64,000 nt of DNA from Actinomycetes bacterium (GTDB lineage Bacteria; Actinomycetota; Acidimicrobiia; Acidimicrobiales; JAKAOS01), in assembly GCA_021791675.1 (NCBI GenBank), contig JAJYWE010000001.1, positions 79,526 through 143,525 of the forward strand, given 5' to 3'. The notes beneath the pieces are model-generated. The model had not been told where the DNA came from. It searched no databases and saw only the letters and a list, made by a program, of their open reading frames with translations. Each line of letters begins with the position of its first letter. The stretch's first letter is position 1. Below, piece by piece: positions 1 to 7,139 of the stretch. The position numbers and the translations under genes were made by a program.

Positions 1-153
1 GGCCACTGGGCGCGAAGCGCAGCCGGCGCGCCCACGCGGCTGTTCGACGCAAAGGGCCACCAGATCCCGCTCGCCCGCGGACGCACCTGGATCGAGTTGG
101 TCCCACTGCACAGTGCCGTCTTCGCCCACGACACGCCGACCTACGCGGGCTGA
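1..153 (+). CDS. 3' end of an unidentified protein-coding gene, truncated by the window edge
   Basis: Frame 1 is open from base 1 to TGA 151-153 with strongly GC-biased third codon positions (...LFDAKGHQIPLARGRTWIELVPLHSAVFAHDTPTYAG*). Fifty aa is too little to name a family. Confidence 0.3.
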   Translation, partial: GHWARSAAGAPTRLFDAKGHQIPLARGRTWIELVPLHSAVFAHDTPTYAG

Positions 154-224
154 CGGCCCTTGCCGTCCCGCATGCCCGCACTACACTGCCGGAAGTTACT
201 ACTGAGTACGGACCTGGAGGCACC

Positions 225-1433
225 ATGCCCGATGCCGTGATCGTCGCCACCGCCCGCAGCCCGATCGGCCGCGCCTTCAAGGGCTCGCTGGTCGACCTGC
301 GCCCGGACGACCTCGTCGCGACGATCGTGCAGGCCGCGCTCGCGAAGATCCCGGCGCTCCCACCCGAGGAGGTCGAGGACCTCGTCGTGGGGTGCGGCCT
401 CCCAGGCGGCGAGCAGGGCTACAACCTGGCCCGCGTGGCGGCGATCCTCGCAGGGTTGCCCGGAGTGCCGGGCACGACGGTGAACCGGTACTGCTCCTCG
501 TCGCTCCAGGCCATCCGCATGGTGAGCCACGCCGTGCGCGCCGGCGAGGGCGACGTGTTCGTCGCGGCGGGCGTGGAGATGGTGAGCCGGTTCGTCAAGG
601 GCAGCTCCGACGGGCTCCCCGACACGAAGAACCCGCGTTTTGCCGAGGCAGAGCAGCGCTCGGCGCGTCGCGCGGAAGGCGGTGCCGACCCCTGGACGCC
701 CGCCGAGGGACTCCCGGACGTCTACATCGCGATGGGCCAGACCGCCGAGAACGTGGCGCAGCTGGAAGGCGTCTCCCGCGAGCTGATGGACGAGTTCGCT
801 GCGCGCTCGCAGAACCGCGCCGTCGCCGCACAGGAGGCCGGCTTCTTCGACGACGAGATCACGCCCGTCATCCTCCCGAACGGGACGGTGGTAGCGCGTG
901 ACGACGGCCCGCGGCCCGGTACGACGGTCGAGGTCCTGAGCGGCCTGAAGCCGGTCTTTCGCCCGGATGGCTCGGTGACGGCGGGCAACAGCTGCCCGCT
1001 GAACGACGGCGCGGCCGCGGTCGTGGTCATGAGCGACACTCGCGCCAGGGAGCTCGGGATCCGGCCTCTCGCCCGGGTCGTCGCGTCGGGCGTGAGCGCG
1101 CTGGACCCCGAGATCATGGGGCTCGGCCCCATCGACGCCTCCCGCCAGGCCCTGCGGCGAGCCGGCATGTCGATGGACGACGTCGACCTCGTCGAGATCA
1201 ACGAGGCCTTCGCCGCGCAGGTCATCCCCTCGGCGGCGCGCCTCGGGATCGAGTGGGACCGGCTGAACGTCCGCGGTGGTGCGATAGCGCTCGGCCACCC
1301 GTTCGGCATGACCGGCGCTCGGATCATGACCACGCTCCTGCACAACCTCGAGGCGGACGACAAGACGATCGGACTCGAGACCATGTGCGTCGGCGGTGGT
1401 CAGGGCATGGCGATGGTCGTGGAGCGCCTCTGA
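225..1433 (+). CDS. acetyl-CoA C-acetyltransferase (thiolase II family)
   Basis: 402-aa ORF starting MPDAVIVATARSPIGRAFKGSL, with NRYCSSSLQA (active-site Cys region), GNSCPLNDGAAA and a C-terminal CVGGGQGMAMVVE thiolase signature. GGAGG lies 5 nt upstream of the ATG. Confidence 0.95.
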   Translation: MPDAVIVATARSPIGRAFKGSLVDLRPDDLVATIVQAALAKIPALPPEEVEDLVVGCGLPGGEQGYNLARVAAILAGLPGVPGTTVNRYCSSSLQAIRMVSHAVRAGEGDVFVAAGVEMVSRFVKGSSDGLPDTKNPRFAEAEQRSARRAEGGADPWTPAEGLPDVYIAMGQTAENVAQLEGVSRELMDEFAARSQNRAVAAQEAGFFDDEITPVILPNGTVVARDDGPRPGTTVEVLSGLKPVFRPDGSVTAGNSCPLNDGAAAVVVMSDTRARELGIRPLARVVASGVSALDPEIMGLGPIDASRQALRRAGMSMDDVDLVEINEAFAAQVIPSAARLGIEWDRLNVRGGAIALGHPFGMTGARIMTTLLHNLEADDKTIGLETMCVGGGQGMAMVVERL

Positions 1434-1519
1434 CCCCGCCGCCCGAAGCTCGCTCCGGTCGGGGCCCTTCACGCCACGCCTCCCGACGCCAGACTCGCTC
1501 GTCCCGGCCAGCGACACCC

Positions 1520-1558
1520 CAGGTGGTTCTGGGCTCAGGTGGTTCTGGGCTCAGGTGG
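1520..1558. repeat. perfect 16-nt tandem duplication (CAGGTGGTTCTGGGCT x2 plus a 7-nt partial third copy) spanning the nrdR stop codon
   Basis: Read directly: copies at 1520-1535 and 1536-1551, partial copy 1552-1558. The nrdR TGA (1537-1535, minus strand) sits exactly on the copy1/copy2 junction. Confidence 0.9.
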
Positions 1559-2032
1559 GACTTCGGTCGTGCCGTTTCCTCCCGGCGGATCGCCGAACAG
1601 GACCACTTCCTCCTGGAACGCCCGCACGTCGGCAAAGTCCTTGTAGACGCTCGCAAACCGCACAGCTGCGACCGCGTCGAGCGAGCGGAGTCGCTCCAGG
1701 ACGAGCTGGCCGATCTCGGCCGAGGACACCTCAACTCCCCGCAGCCTGACGCAGTCCTCCACCTCCACCGCGAGTAGCTCGAGCTGTGCAGCCGCAACCG
1801 GTCGGTTCTTCGTCGCCGCGCGAGCACCCGCGACGATCTTGGCACGCTCGAACGGCTCCCGGCGGCCCGATCGCTTGCGCACGGCGAGCACGAGCTCCTC
1901 GAGTCGCTCGTAGGTCGTGAACCGGCGCCCACAGTGAAGGCACTCGCGGCGCCGCCGAATCGCTGCCCCCTCCTCGGCCACTCGGGAGTCCACGACCCGG
2001 TCCTCCGAGCCGAGGCAGGCCGGGCAACGCAC
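1535..2032 (-). CDS. nrdR: transcriptional repressor NrdR (zinc ribbon + ATP-cone)
   Basis: The N-terminus MRCPACLGSEDRVVDSRVAEEGAAIRRRRECLHCGRRFTTYERLEE is the NrdR zinc ribbon, followed by an ATP-cone. GTG start. Confidence 0.93.
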   Translation of the reverse strand: MRCPACLGSEDRVVDSRVAEEGAAIRRRRECLHCGRRFTTYERLEELVLAVRKRSGRREPFERAKIVAGARAATKNRPVAAAQLELLAVEVEDCVRLRGVEVSSAEIGQLVLERLRSLDAVAAVRFASVYKDFADVRAFQEEVVLFGDPPGGNGTTEVPPEPRTT

Positions 2033-2158
2033 GTCGCCGACACTACTGGGGCCTGAGCGGACGGCCAGTGCAGTCGGCGGGCTGCACGAGCGCGACCCTC
2101 AGGGCCGACCCCGGCGCGTCGGGGTCGAAAGGCCCGTCACCGAGGCGCGCCCCCCTCG

Positions 2159-2623
2159 CTACTCCGGCGCGGGACGGAGGTCCAGGGCGAGGCGCGCCGG
2201 CAGCGGGAGCGGGTGGCCGGCCTCTTCGATGGCGGTGGCCGCTCCTCCGAGCCGCCTCCCGCGTCCGGCTACCACGGCCTGCGCGCTCGAGTGCACGGTG
2301 GCGCGGCGGCCCGGTCCGGCCTGCGGCCCGCCCAGCCGCAGCGCGAGACCGGCCACCGCCAGCGCCACACCGAGCGTCATGGCGCGGCGCTGCTGCGCCG
2401 TCGCCGACCGCGCTCCCCCCCGCCGACCCCGACCCGACCCACCAACACCGCGGTCCACCGCGACACGATCGAACTGCGCCCCCGGTCGAGCCGGCGTCGC
2501 CGGGCGCACGAGATGCCCGGAGAACCACTCCACGTCAGCCGGCAGAGCTGGAGGCGGTCCTGCCTCACCCCGGCGAGGCTCCACCCACCAGGTCTCAGGC
2601 CGTATCGAACAGGTGTTCGCCAT
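2159..2623 (-). CDS. candidate SOS-regulated small membrane protein (positional analogue of DivS/ChiZ): Arg-rich N-terminus, one TM helix, ~55-aa tail
   Basis: ATG at 2623 is preceded by TTGACA-17 nt-AACCAT-6 nt (leaderless geometry), and LexA boxes overlap the spacer and codons 2-7. There are 13 Arg in the first 80 aa, then the hydrophobic segment MTLGVALAVAGLALRLGG. GC3 is high from there to the stop. I recognised no family, and other frames are also open, so this is tentative. Confidence 0.45.
   Translation of the reverse strand: MANTCSIRPETWWVEPRRGEAGPPPALPADVEWFSGHLVRPATPARPGAQFDRVAVDRGVGGSGRGRRGGARSATAQQRRAMTLGVALAVAGLALRLGGPQAGPGRRATVHSSAQAVVAGRGRRLGGAATAIEEAGHPLPLPARLALDLRPAPE
2605..2620. 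promoter_or_regulatory. LexA (SOS) box 1, TCGAACAGGTGTTCGC
   Basis: Matches the actinobacterial SOS consensus TCGAAC-N4-GTTCGA. It overlaps codons 2-7 of the minus-strand ORF that starts at 2623. Confidence 0.8.
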
Positions 2624-2629
2624 GAGCCC

Positions 2630-2658
2630 ATGGTTGCACGAACATCTGTTCGTGTCAA
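2630..2658 (-). promoter_or_regulatory. putative promoter of the 2159-2623 ORF: -35 TTGACA (2658-2653), 17-nt spacer, -10-like AACCAT (2635-2630)
   Basis: Read on the minus strand: cccTTGACcccTTGACA-CGAACAGATGTTCGTGC-AACCAT-GGGCTC-ATG. The spacer coincides with SOS box 2, and the -10 element ends 6 nt before the ATG. Confidence 0.5.
2638..2653. promoter_or_regulatory. LexA (SOS) box 2, ACGAACATCTGTTCGT
   Basis: CGAAC-N4-GTTCG core. It lies between the -35 and -10 elements of the minus-strand promoter candidate. Confidence 0.8.
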
Positions 2659-2781
2659 GGGGTCAAGGGAACGAGCACGGCACCCGGAGTCGATCCGGGC
2701 TCACCGGCCTTCCCTCGATCCGAGCTCACCGACCTTCGTCCGGACGCCGCTGCAGCCCTTGCGCCGCGACCACGTCACGCC

Positions 2782-2803
2782 TATGCTACGAACACCCGTT
2801 CGA
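2782..2803 (+). promoter_or_regulatory. lexA promoter -10 (TATGCT) followed directly by LexA box 3 (ACGAACACCCGTTCGA): autoregulation site
   Basis: TATGCT at 2782-2787 and the SOS box at 2788-2803, about 115 nt upstream of the lexA ATG. Confidence 0.75.
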
Positions 2804-2917
2804 CAGGGCGGCGTGCTGCCGGCCGAGGGCGCGCCTCGGGACGCGAGCCCCGAGGCGCGCTCGGTCTGACGGTGTATCGGCGCCCGATCCGAGCGTCAGG
2901 TCCACAAGGAGGCGAGA

Positions 2918-3592
2918 ATGGCTCGGCACGGGGCGGCAGGGAGCAGCGGGGCAGGGAGTCCGAACGAGGCACGGCTGACGGCGAAGCGTCGAGCCATCCT
3001 CGAGTTCATCGAGTCCGAGCTCCGGCGGCGCGGCTATCCACCCTCCGTACGAGAGATCGCGGATGCGGTCGGCCTCGCGTCACCGTCCACCGTCCACGCC
3101 CACCTGGCCACGCTCCAGCGGCAAGGGTACCTCCGACGAGACCCCGCCAAGCCCCGGGCGATCGAGGTTCGTCTCCCGAGCCACCAGGACGGCCCCGCCC
3201 CGGTCCGTCCGGTTGTGCAGGTACCGGTTGTCGGGCAGGTCGCGGCAGGCACTGACGTGCTGGCAGAGGAACTGGTCGAGGAGGTGCTCCCCCTCCCCGC
3301 AGACCTGACGGGTGGCGGACGGCTGTTCGCCCTTCGCGTCCGCGGCGACTCGATGCGCGATGCCGGCATCCTCGACGGTGACCTGCTCGTGGTGCGGTCC
3401 CAGGTCGAGGCGCCCCCAGGCTCGATCGTGGTCGCCGGCATCCCCGGCGAGGAGGCGACGGTGAAGCGCTACGAGCCCAAGGGCGCGACCATCGTCTTGC
3501 GCCCCGAGAACCCGGCGTACGAGCCCATCGTGCTCCCGGCGGACGAGGTTCGCCTCTACGGGCGTGTGGTGAGTGTGTTGCGCCGCCTCTGA
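2918..3592 (+). CDS. lexA: LexA repressor (SOS regulator, S24 peptidase)
   Basis: 224 aa with the winged-helix region LTAKRRAILEFIESELRRRGYPPSVREIADAVGLASPSTVHAHLATLQRQGYL and the C-terminal S24 domain (VRGDSMRDAGILDGDLLVV ... ATVKRY). AAGGAGG upstream of the ATG. Confidence 0.96.
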   Translation: MARHGAAGSSGAGSPNEARLTAKRRAILEFIESELRRRGYPPSVREIADAVGLASPSTVHAHLATLQRQGYLRRDPAKPRAIEVRLPSHQDGPAPVRPVVQVPVVGQVAAGTDVLAEELVEEVLPLPADLTGGGRLFALRVRGDSMRDAGILDGDLLVVRSQVEAPPGSIVVAGIPGEEATVKRYEPKGATIVLRPENPAYEPIVLPADEVRLYGRVVSVLRRL

Positions 3593-3732
3593 GCCCGCCG
3601 AGCTCCGGAGCCCGTGGGTGCACGGGTCTTCGAGACACCGCGCGTGGCCCGGATCCCCTGCGTCGCGGGCCGAGCCGCGGATCGTTGCTCGACGTCGCGC
3701 TGCCGGGGCCATCCGGCCCCGGGCGAAGGCGC

Positions 3733-4239
3733 TCAGCGGCGAGAACCGCCTGGCGGATCCGTCCGCCCCTCCGCGACCTCCAGCGTTGCGAGCGCCTCCT
3801 CGAGCTGCGCCATCGCGCGCGGCGTTCCGAGATCCGGCGCCGCGAGGTACGCGGCGATCACCCCTCGTGTGTCCACGACGAAGGTGGCACGGTTGGCGCA
3901 GCCGAGCACCTCGTTGAACACCCCGAATGCACGCGCGATCGCGCCATGGGGCCAGAAGTCGGAGAGCAGGGGGAAGGGGAGGCCACGCTCCTCGGCCCAG
4001 CGAGCCTGCGTGAACGGGCTGTCGCACGACACACCGACGACCGACGCGCCGAGCGCATCCAATGACGGCCAGAGCGCCTCGAGGGCCTCGAGCTCGTTGG
4101 CGCAGAGTCCGGCGAACGCGAACGGGAAGAAGACGACGGCGACGTGCCGCCGGCCCCGGAAGTCCGCCAGGCGGACCTGGTGACCGCGGGCGTCCGTCCC
4201 GGACAGGTCGGGCGCCAGCGTCCCGATGCTCAGCGGCAC
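3733..4239 (-). CDS. AhpE-like peroxiredoxin (AhpC/TSA family)
   Basis: VVFFPFAFAGLCANELEAL peroxidatic-Cys motif. I chose the GTG at 4239 because GAGGAGG lies 4 nt upstream. The longer ORF to 4377 adds an Arg/Gly-rich stretch. Confidence 0.85.
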   Translation of the reverse strand: MPLSIGTLAPDLSGTDARGHQVRLADFRGRRHVAVVFFPFAFAGLCANELEALEALWPSLDALGASVVGVSCDSPFTQARWAEERGLPFPLLSDFWPHGAIARAFGVFNEVLGCANRATFVVDTRGVIAAYLAAPDLGTPRAMAQLEEALATLEVAEGRTDPPGGSRR

Positions 4240-5495
4240 AGGCCCTCCTCGCCGCTGCCCCGCTCTTGCGACGCGGCCAGAGGCGATGCGGTCGGCGCGG
4301 GGACCTCGGACCAGCCACGTTCGAGCAGCGCCCGGAGGGTCGTCGCCGTCGAGACCAAGTCGTCCCGGCTGACCCACTCCCCCGCCGTGTGCGCGAGCGT
4401 CGGCTCACCCGGACCGAAGTTGGCCGCAGGGGTGCCCCACCCGGCAAAGCGGGCGACATCCGTCCAGCCGAGCTTCGCGCGTGCCGGGCTCCCCGAGGCC
4501 CGGACCAGCGCCGCAAGGGCGGGGTGTGACAGCTCAGGCCGTGCCGCCGGTGCGGTGGACCGCACGACGAGCTGGTCCTCGGGGCCGATGAGCTCGCCCA
4601 GCTCCCGCGCGAGGGCCTCGCTCGCTCCCTCCGCGTTGCGATCGGGAGCGAAGCGATGGTTGAGAGAGAGGCGCACCCGATCGGGGACGACGTTGCCGGC
4701 GATCCCACCCGAGACGTCGACGGCCTCGAGGGCTTCGCGATAGGTGCAGCCGTCGAGTGGCACCTCTCGCGTCGGCCGGTTCGAGATCGCGGCCAGTAGG
4801 GGCGCAAGCCGGTGAATGGCGTTCACCCCGGTCCAGGGGCGGGCCGTGTGCGCGCGCCTGCCCGCGAGCACGACCTCGAGGTGGAGCACCCCCTGGCAGC
4901 CGGCCTCGACGATCGCTGCCGTCGGCTCGAGCAGGAGCGCGACGTCCCCGGCGAGCAGCTCGGGGCGCGTGCGGTACACCTCCTCCAGGCCGCTTCGCTC
5001 GTGGGACACCTCCTCGCAGGTGTAGAAGACGAACGTGGCGTCCACCGACGGGGCCGTCGACACCGCGGCGAGCCACCACAGCACGGCAAGGCCACCCTTC
5101 ATGTCCGCAGCTCCCAGCCCAACGACCCGGTCCGGCTCACGACGGACGCCCTGTGCCCCAGGGACCGTATCGAGGTGACCGGCGAGGACGACTCGCTCGG
5201 GCCGGCCGAGCTCGGTCCGGGCTACGAGGTTGTCGCCGATGCGAAAGACGCGAAGGTGGCTCGCGGCCCGGAGCTCCCCCTCGAGCAGGTCTGCGAGCGT
5301 GGCCTCCTCCCCGCTCAGCGACGGCACCCCGACGAGGCGCTCCGTTCGGTCGAGCAGGTCCGAACCCAACCCTGCGTCAGCAGTCCGCTCCCGCACTGCG
5401 TGCTGCTCGGACGCGACTCGAACGCGAGCGCCATCCGGCAACTCGGGGTGTCCGGCGGGGCTCGCACCGAACACACCGCCCGTCGCCCTCGTCAC
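4230..5495 (-). CDS. dapE: succinyl-diaminopimelate desuccinylase (M20 peptidase)
   Basis: Colinear with actinobacterial DapE (VLAGHLDTVP, GLGAADMKGG, EAGCQGVL, DGCTYREALEAV, GWTDVARFA, GPGEPTLAH). Start uncertain: GTG 5495 gives a GTGA overlap with the dapD stop. GTG 5396 or TTG 5372 would give a more typical length. Confidence 0.88.
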   Translation of the reverse strand: MTRATGGVFGASPAGHPELPDGARVRVASEQHAVRERTADAGLGSDLLDRTERLVGVPSLSGEEATLADLLEGELRAASHLRVFRIGDNLVARTELGRPERVVLAGHLDTVPGAQGVRREPDRVVGLGAADMKGGLAVLWWLAAVSTAPSVDATFVFYTCEEVSHERSGLEEVYRTRPELLAGDVALLLEPTAAIVEAGCQGVLHLEVVLAGRRAHTARPWTGVNAIHRLAPLLAAISNRPTREVPLDGCTYREALEAVDVSGGIAGNVVPDRVRLSLNHRFAPDRNAEGASEALARELGELIGPEDQLVVRSTAPAARPELSHPALAALVRASGSPARAKLGWTDVARFAGWGTPAANFGPGEPTLAHTAGEWVSRDDLVSTATTLRALLERGWSEVPAPTASPLAASQERGSGEEGLCR

Positions 5496-6331
5496 ATCGC
5501 CACCCCGTGCAGCCGGAGGACCTCTGCGAGGGTGGTCTTGTCGTGGCGCTCGCCAGCGGGGAGTCGCCGGACGACGAGCGCACAGGGGAGGTAGAAGTCG
5601 CCGCCGGGGTAGGACCTGCGACGACTGGCGGGCACGGCGACGCACCAGCCCGGCACGACGCCGCGGGAGAGCTCTTCTCCTGACTCCGCGTCCACCACCG
5701 GGATCGAGGGGTTGAGGACCAACCCGGCACCGATCACGGCGCCCGATCCGACCCGCGCCCCCTCGGTGATCATGGCTCTGCTGCCGACGAACGCGTCGTC
5801 ACCGATCACGACCGGCGCGGCCTGCGGCGGTTCGAGGACACCTCCGATCCCGACTCCACCCGACAGGTGGACCCGCTCGCCGATCTGGGCGCCCGAGCCC
5901 ACCGTCGCCCAGGTGTCCACCATCGTGCCCGCGCCGACGTAGGCTCCGACGTTGACGTAGCTGGGCATGAGCACGACACCCCGTCCGAGGAAGGCGCCGA
6001 AGCGTGCCGACGCGCCGGGCACCACGCGTACCCCGGCCGCCATGAAGTCTCGCTTGAGCGGTAGGCGGTCGGCATAGACGAACGGCCCTGACTCCGACTC
6101 CTCCAGCCGGAACAACCGGAACGCGAGCAGGATCGCCTTCTGCAGCCATCCGTGCACGATGGGCGGATCCTCCCCCCTCGGCTCCGCCACGCGAACCTCC
6201 CCGGCGTCGAGGGCACCGAGCGCGGCCCGCACCGTGGTGACCGCCTCTTCACTGGCTCCCTCCAGCGAGTCTCGCGCCGCCCAGAGCTCGTCGACCCGGG
6301 CCTCGAGGCGCATCAGCTCGTCGTCAGTCAT
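5492..6331 (-). CDS. dapD: 2,3,4,5-tetrahydropyridine-2,6-dicarboxylate N-succinyltransferase
   Basis: Hexapeptide-repeat region (GAYVGAGTMVDTWATVGSGAQIGERVHLSGGVGIGGVLEP) with an actinobacterial DapD-type N-terminal domain. Start MTDDELMRLEARV at 6331 overlaps the TetR stop by 8 nt. Confidence 0.88.
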   Translation of the reverse strand: MTDDELMRLEARVDELWAARDSLEGASEEAVTTVRAALGALDAGEVRVAEPRGEDPPIVHGWLQKAILLAFRLFRLEESESGPFVYADRLPLKRDFMAAGVRVVPGASARFGAFLGRGVVLMPSYVNVGAYVGAGTMVDTWATVGSGAQIGERVHLSGGVGIGGVLEPPQAAPVVIGDDAFVGSRAMITEGARVGSGAVIGAGLVLNPSIPVVDAESGEELSRGVVPGWCVAVPASRRRSYPGGDFYLPCALVVRRLPAGERHDKTTLAEVLRLHGVAM

Positions 6332-7031
6332 CGACCGTCGCCCAGCTTCTCGGCCCGCCTGGCACCAAGCCACCCGTGGCTGCGTCGCCAGAGGGGCCAC
6401 GACCTCCGGAGTCGACGCCCTCTGGGCCCTCGCCCACGAGGCCGTGCGCGAGGAGCCCGGAGAGGAACTCGGAGACCTCCTCCGGCGCTGCGGTTCCTGC
6501 GAGCAGATGCGGCCGCAGCGCGCCGAGCAGGCTCACCACGGTGTCGACGGCCAGCGGGCTGCTCGCGAGTGGGCCGAAGCACCCTGCACGACGACCGTCC
6601 TCGAGCGCGTCTGCGACGAGCCCCCGCAGGCCCGAGAGGTGACGCCCGACCTCCTCGCGCACCTTGGGCGAGAGGGCGTCACTCTGGAGCAGGTCCGCTC
6701 CGAACCGGTGCTCGGCACCGGAGAAGGCGGTCACGTGGGCGTCGATGATCCGTCGGAGCCGCGCGACCGGGTCGTCGAGGCCCGAGAGCTCGAGGGCGAG
6801 CTCGGCGACGAACGCGTCGACCTCCTCGCCGACCCACGCAAGGAGCACCTGCTCGAGGTCGGGGAAGTAGTGGTAGAGCGTGGCTCGCGAGATCCCGGCC
6901 CGCTGAGCGAGCGCGGACATCGAGACACCCGCGAGGCCTCGCTCCGACACGAGCTCGAGCGCGACCGTCATGATCTGGCGCCGCTGCCGAGCGCGATGCT
7001 CGTCCAGGACTTCTGCCCACTGCTCGGCCAC
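6324..7031 (-). CDS. TetR/AcrR family transcriptional regulator
   Basis: N-terminal HTH RRQIMTVALELVSERGLAGVSMSALAQRAGISRATLYHYFPDLEQVL. Divergent from the MMPL gene. Confidence 0.9.
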   Translation of the reverse strand: MAEQWAEVLDEHRARQRRQIMTVALELVSERGLAGVSMSALAQRAGISRATLYHYFPDLEQVLLAWVGEEVDAFVAELALELSGLDDPVARLRRIIDAHVTAFSGAEHRFGADLLQSDALSPKVREEVGRHLSGLRGLVADALEDGRRAGCFGPLASSPLAVDTVVSLLGALRPHLLAGTAAPEEVSEFLSGLLAHGLVGEGPEGVDSGGRGPSGDAATGGLVPGGPRSWATVDD

Positions 7032-7104
7032 GCACCTACCCTAGCCCTGCCGCCAGACCCGGCCGGGCGTGGACCCGACGATGTGCATTCACACTAGACG
7101 TTGT

Positions 7105-7119
7105 GTCAGGAATCCTGAC
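7105..7119. promoter_or_regulatory. perfect 15-bp palindrome GTCAGGAaTCCTGAC in the TetR/MMPL divergent intergenic region: candidate TetR operator
   Basis: Read directly. It lies in one of the few AT-richer stretches, 21 nt upstream of the MMPL ATG and 74 nt from the TetR start. Confidence 0.45.
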
Positions 7120-7139
7120 GGTCCCGCTACCCTAGGCCC

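Noticed and set aside
2043-2658. Alternative minus-strand frames (2043-2528 and 2377-2658) and plus-strand ORFs (2068-2625, 2213-2869, 2229-2978) in the nrdR-lexA gap.
   Set aside because: None starts in a sensible relation to the promoter and SOS-box geometry. Their products lack a hydrophobic segment or any motif. The plus-strand ORFs would run into or across the lexA promoter and start.
3080-4807. 575-aa minus-strand ORF spanning lexA, the peroxiredoxin and part of dapE.
   Set aside because: It overlaps three well-supported genes in other frames or on the other strand. Its composition is dominated by Arg/Pro/Ala/Gly/Ser. Shadow ORF.
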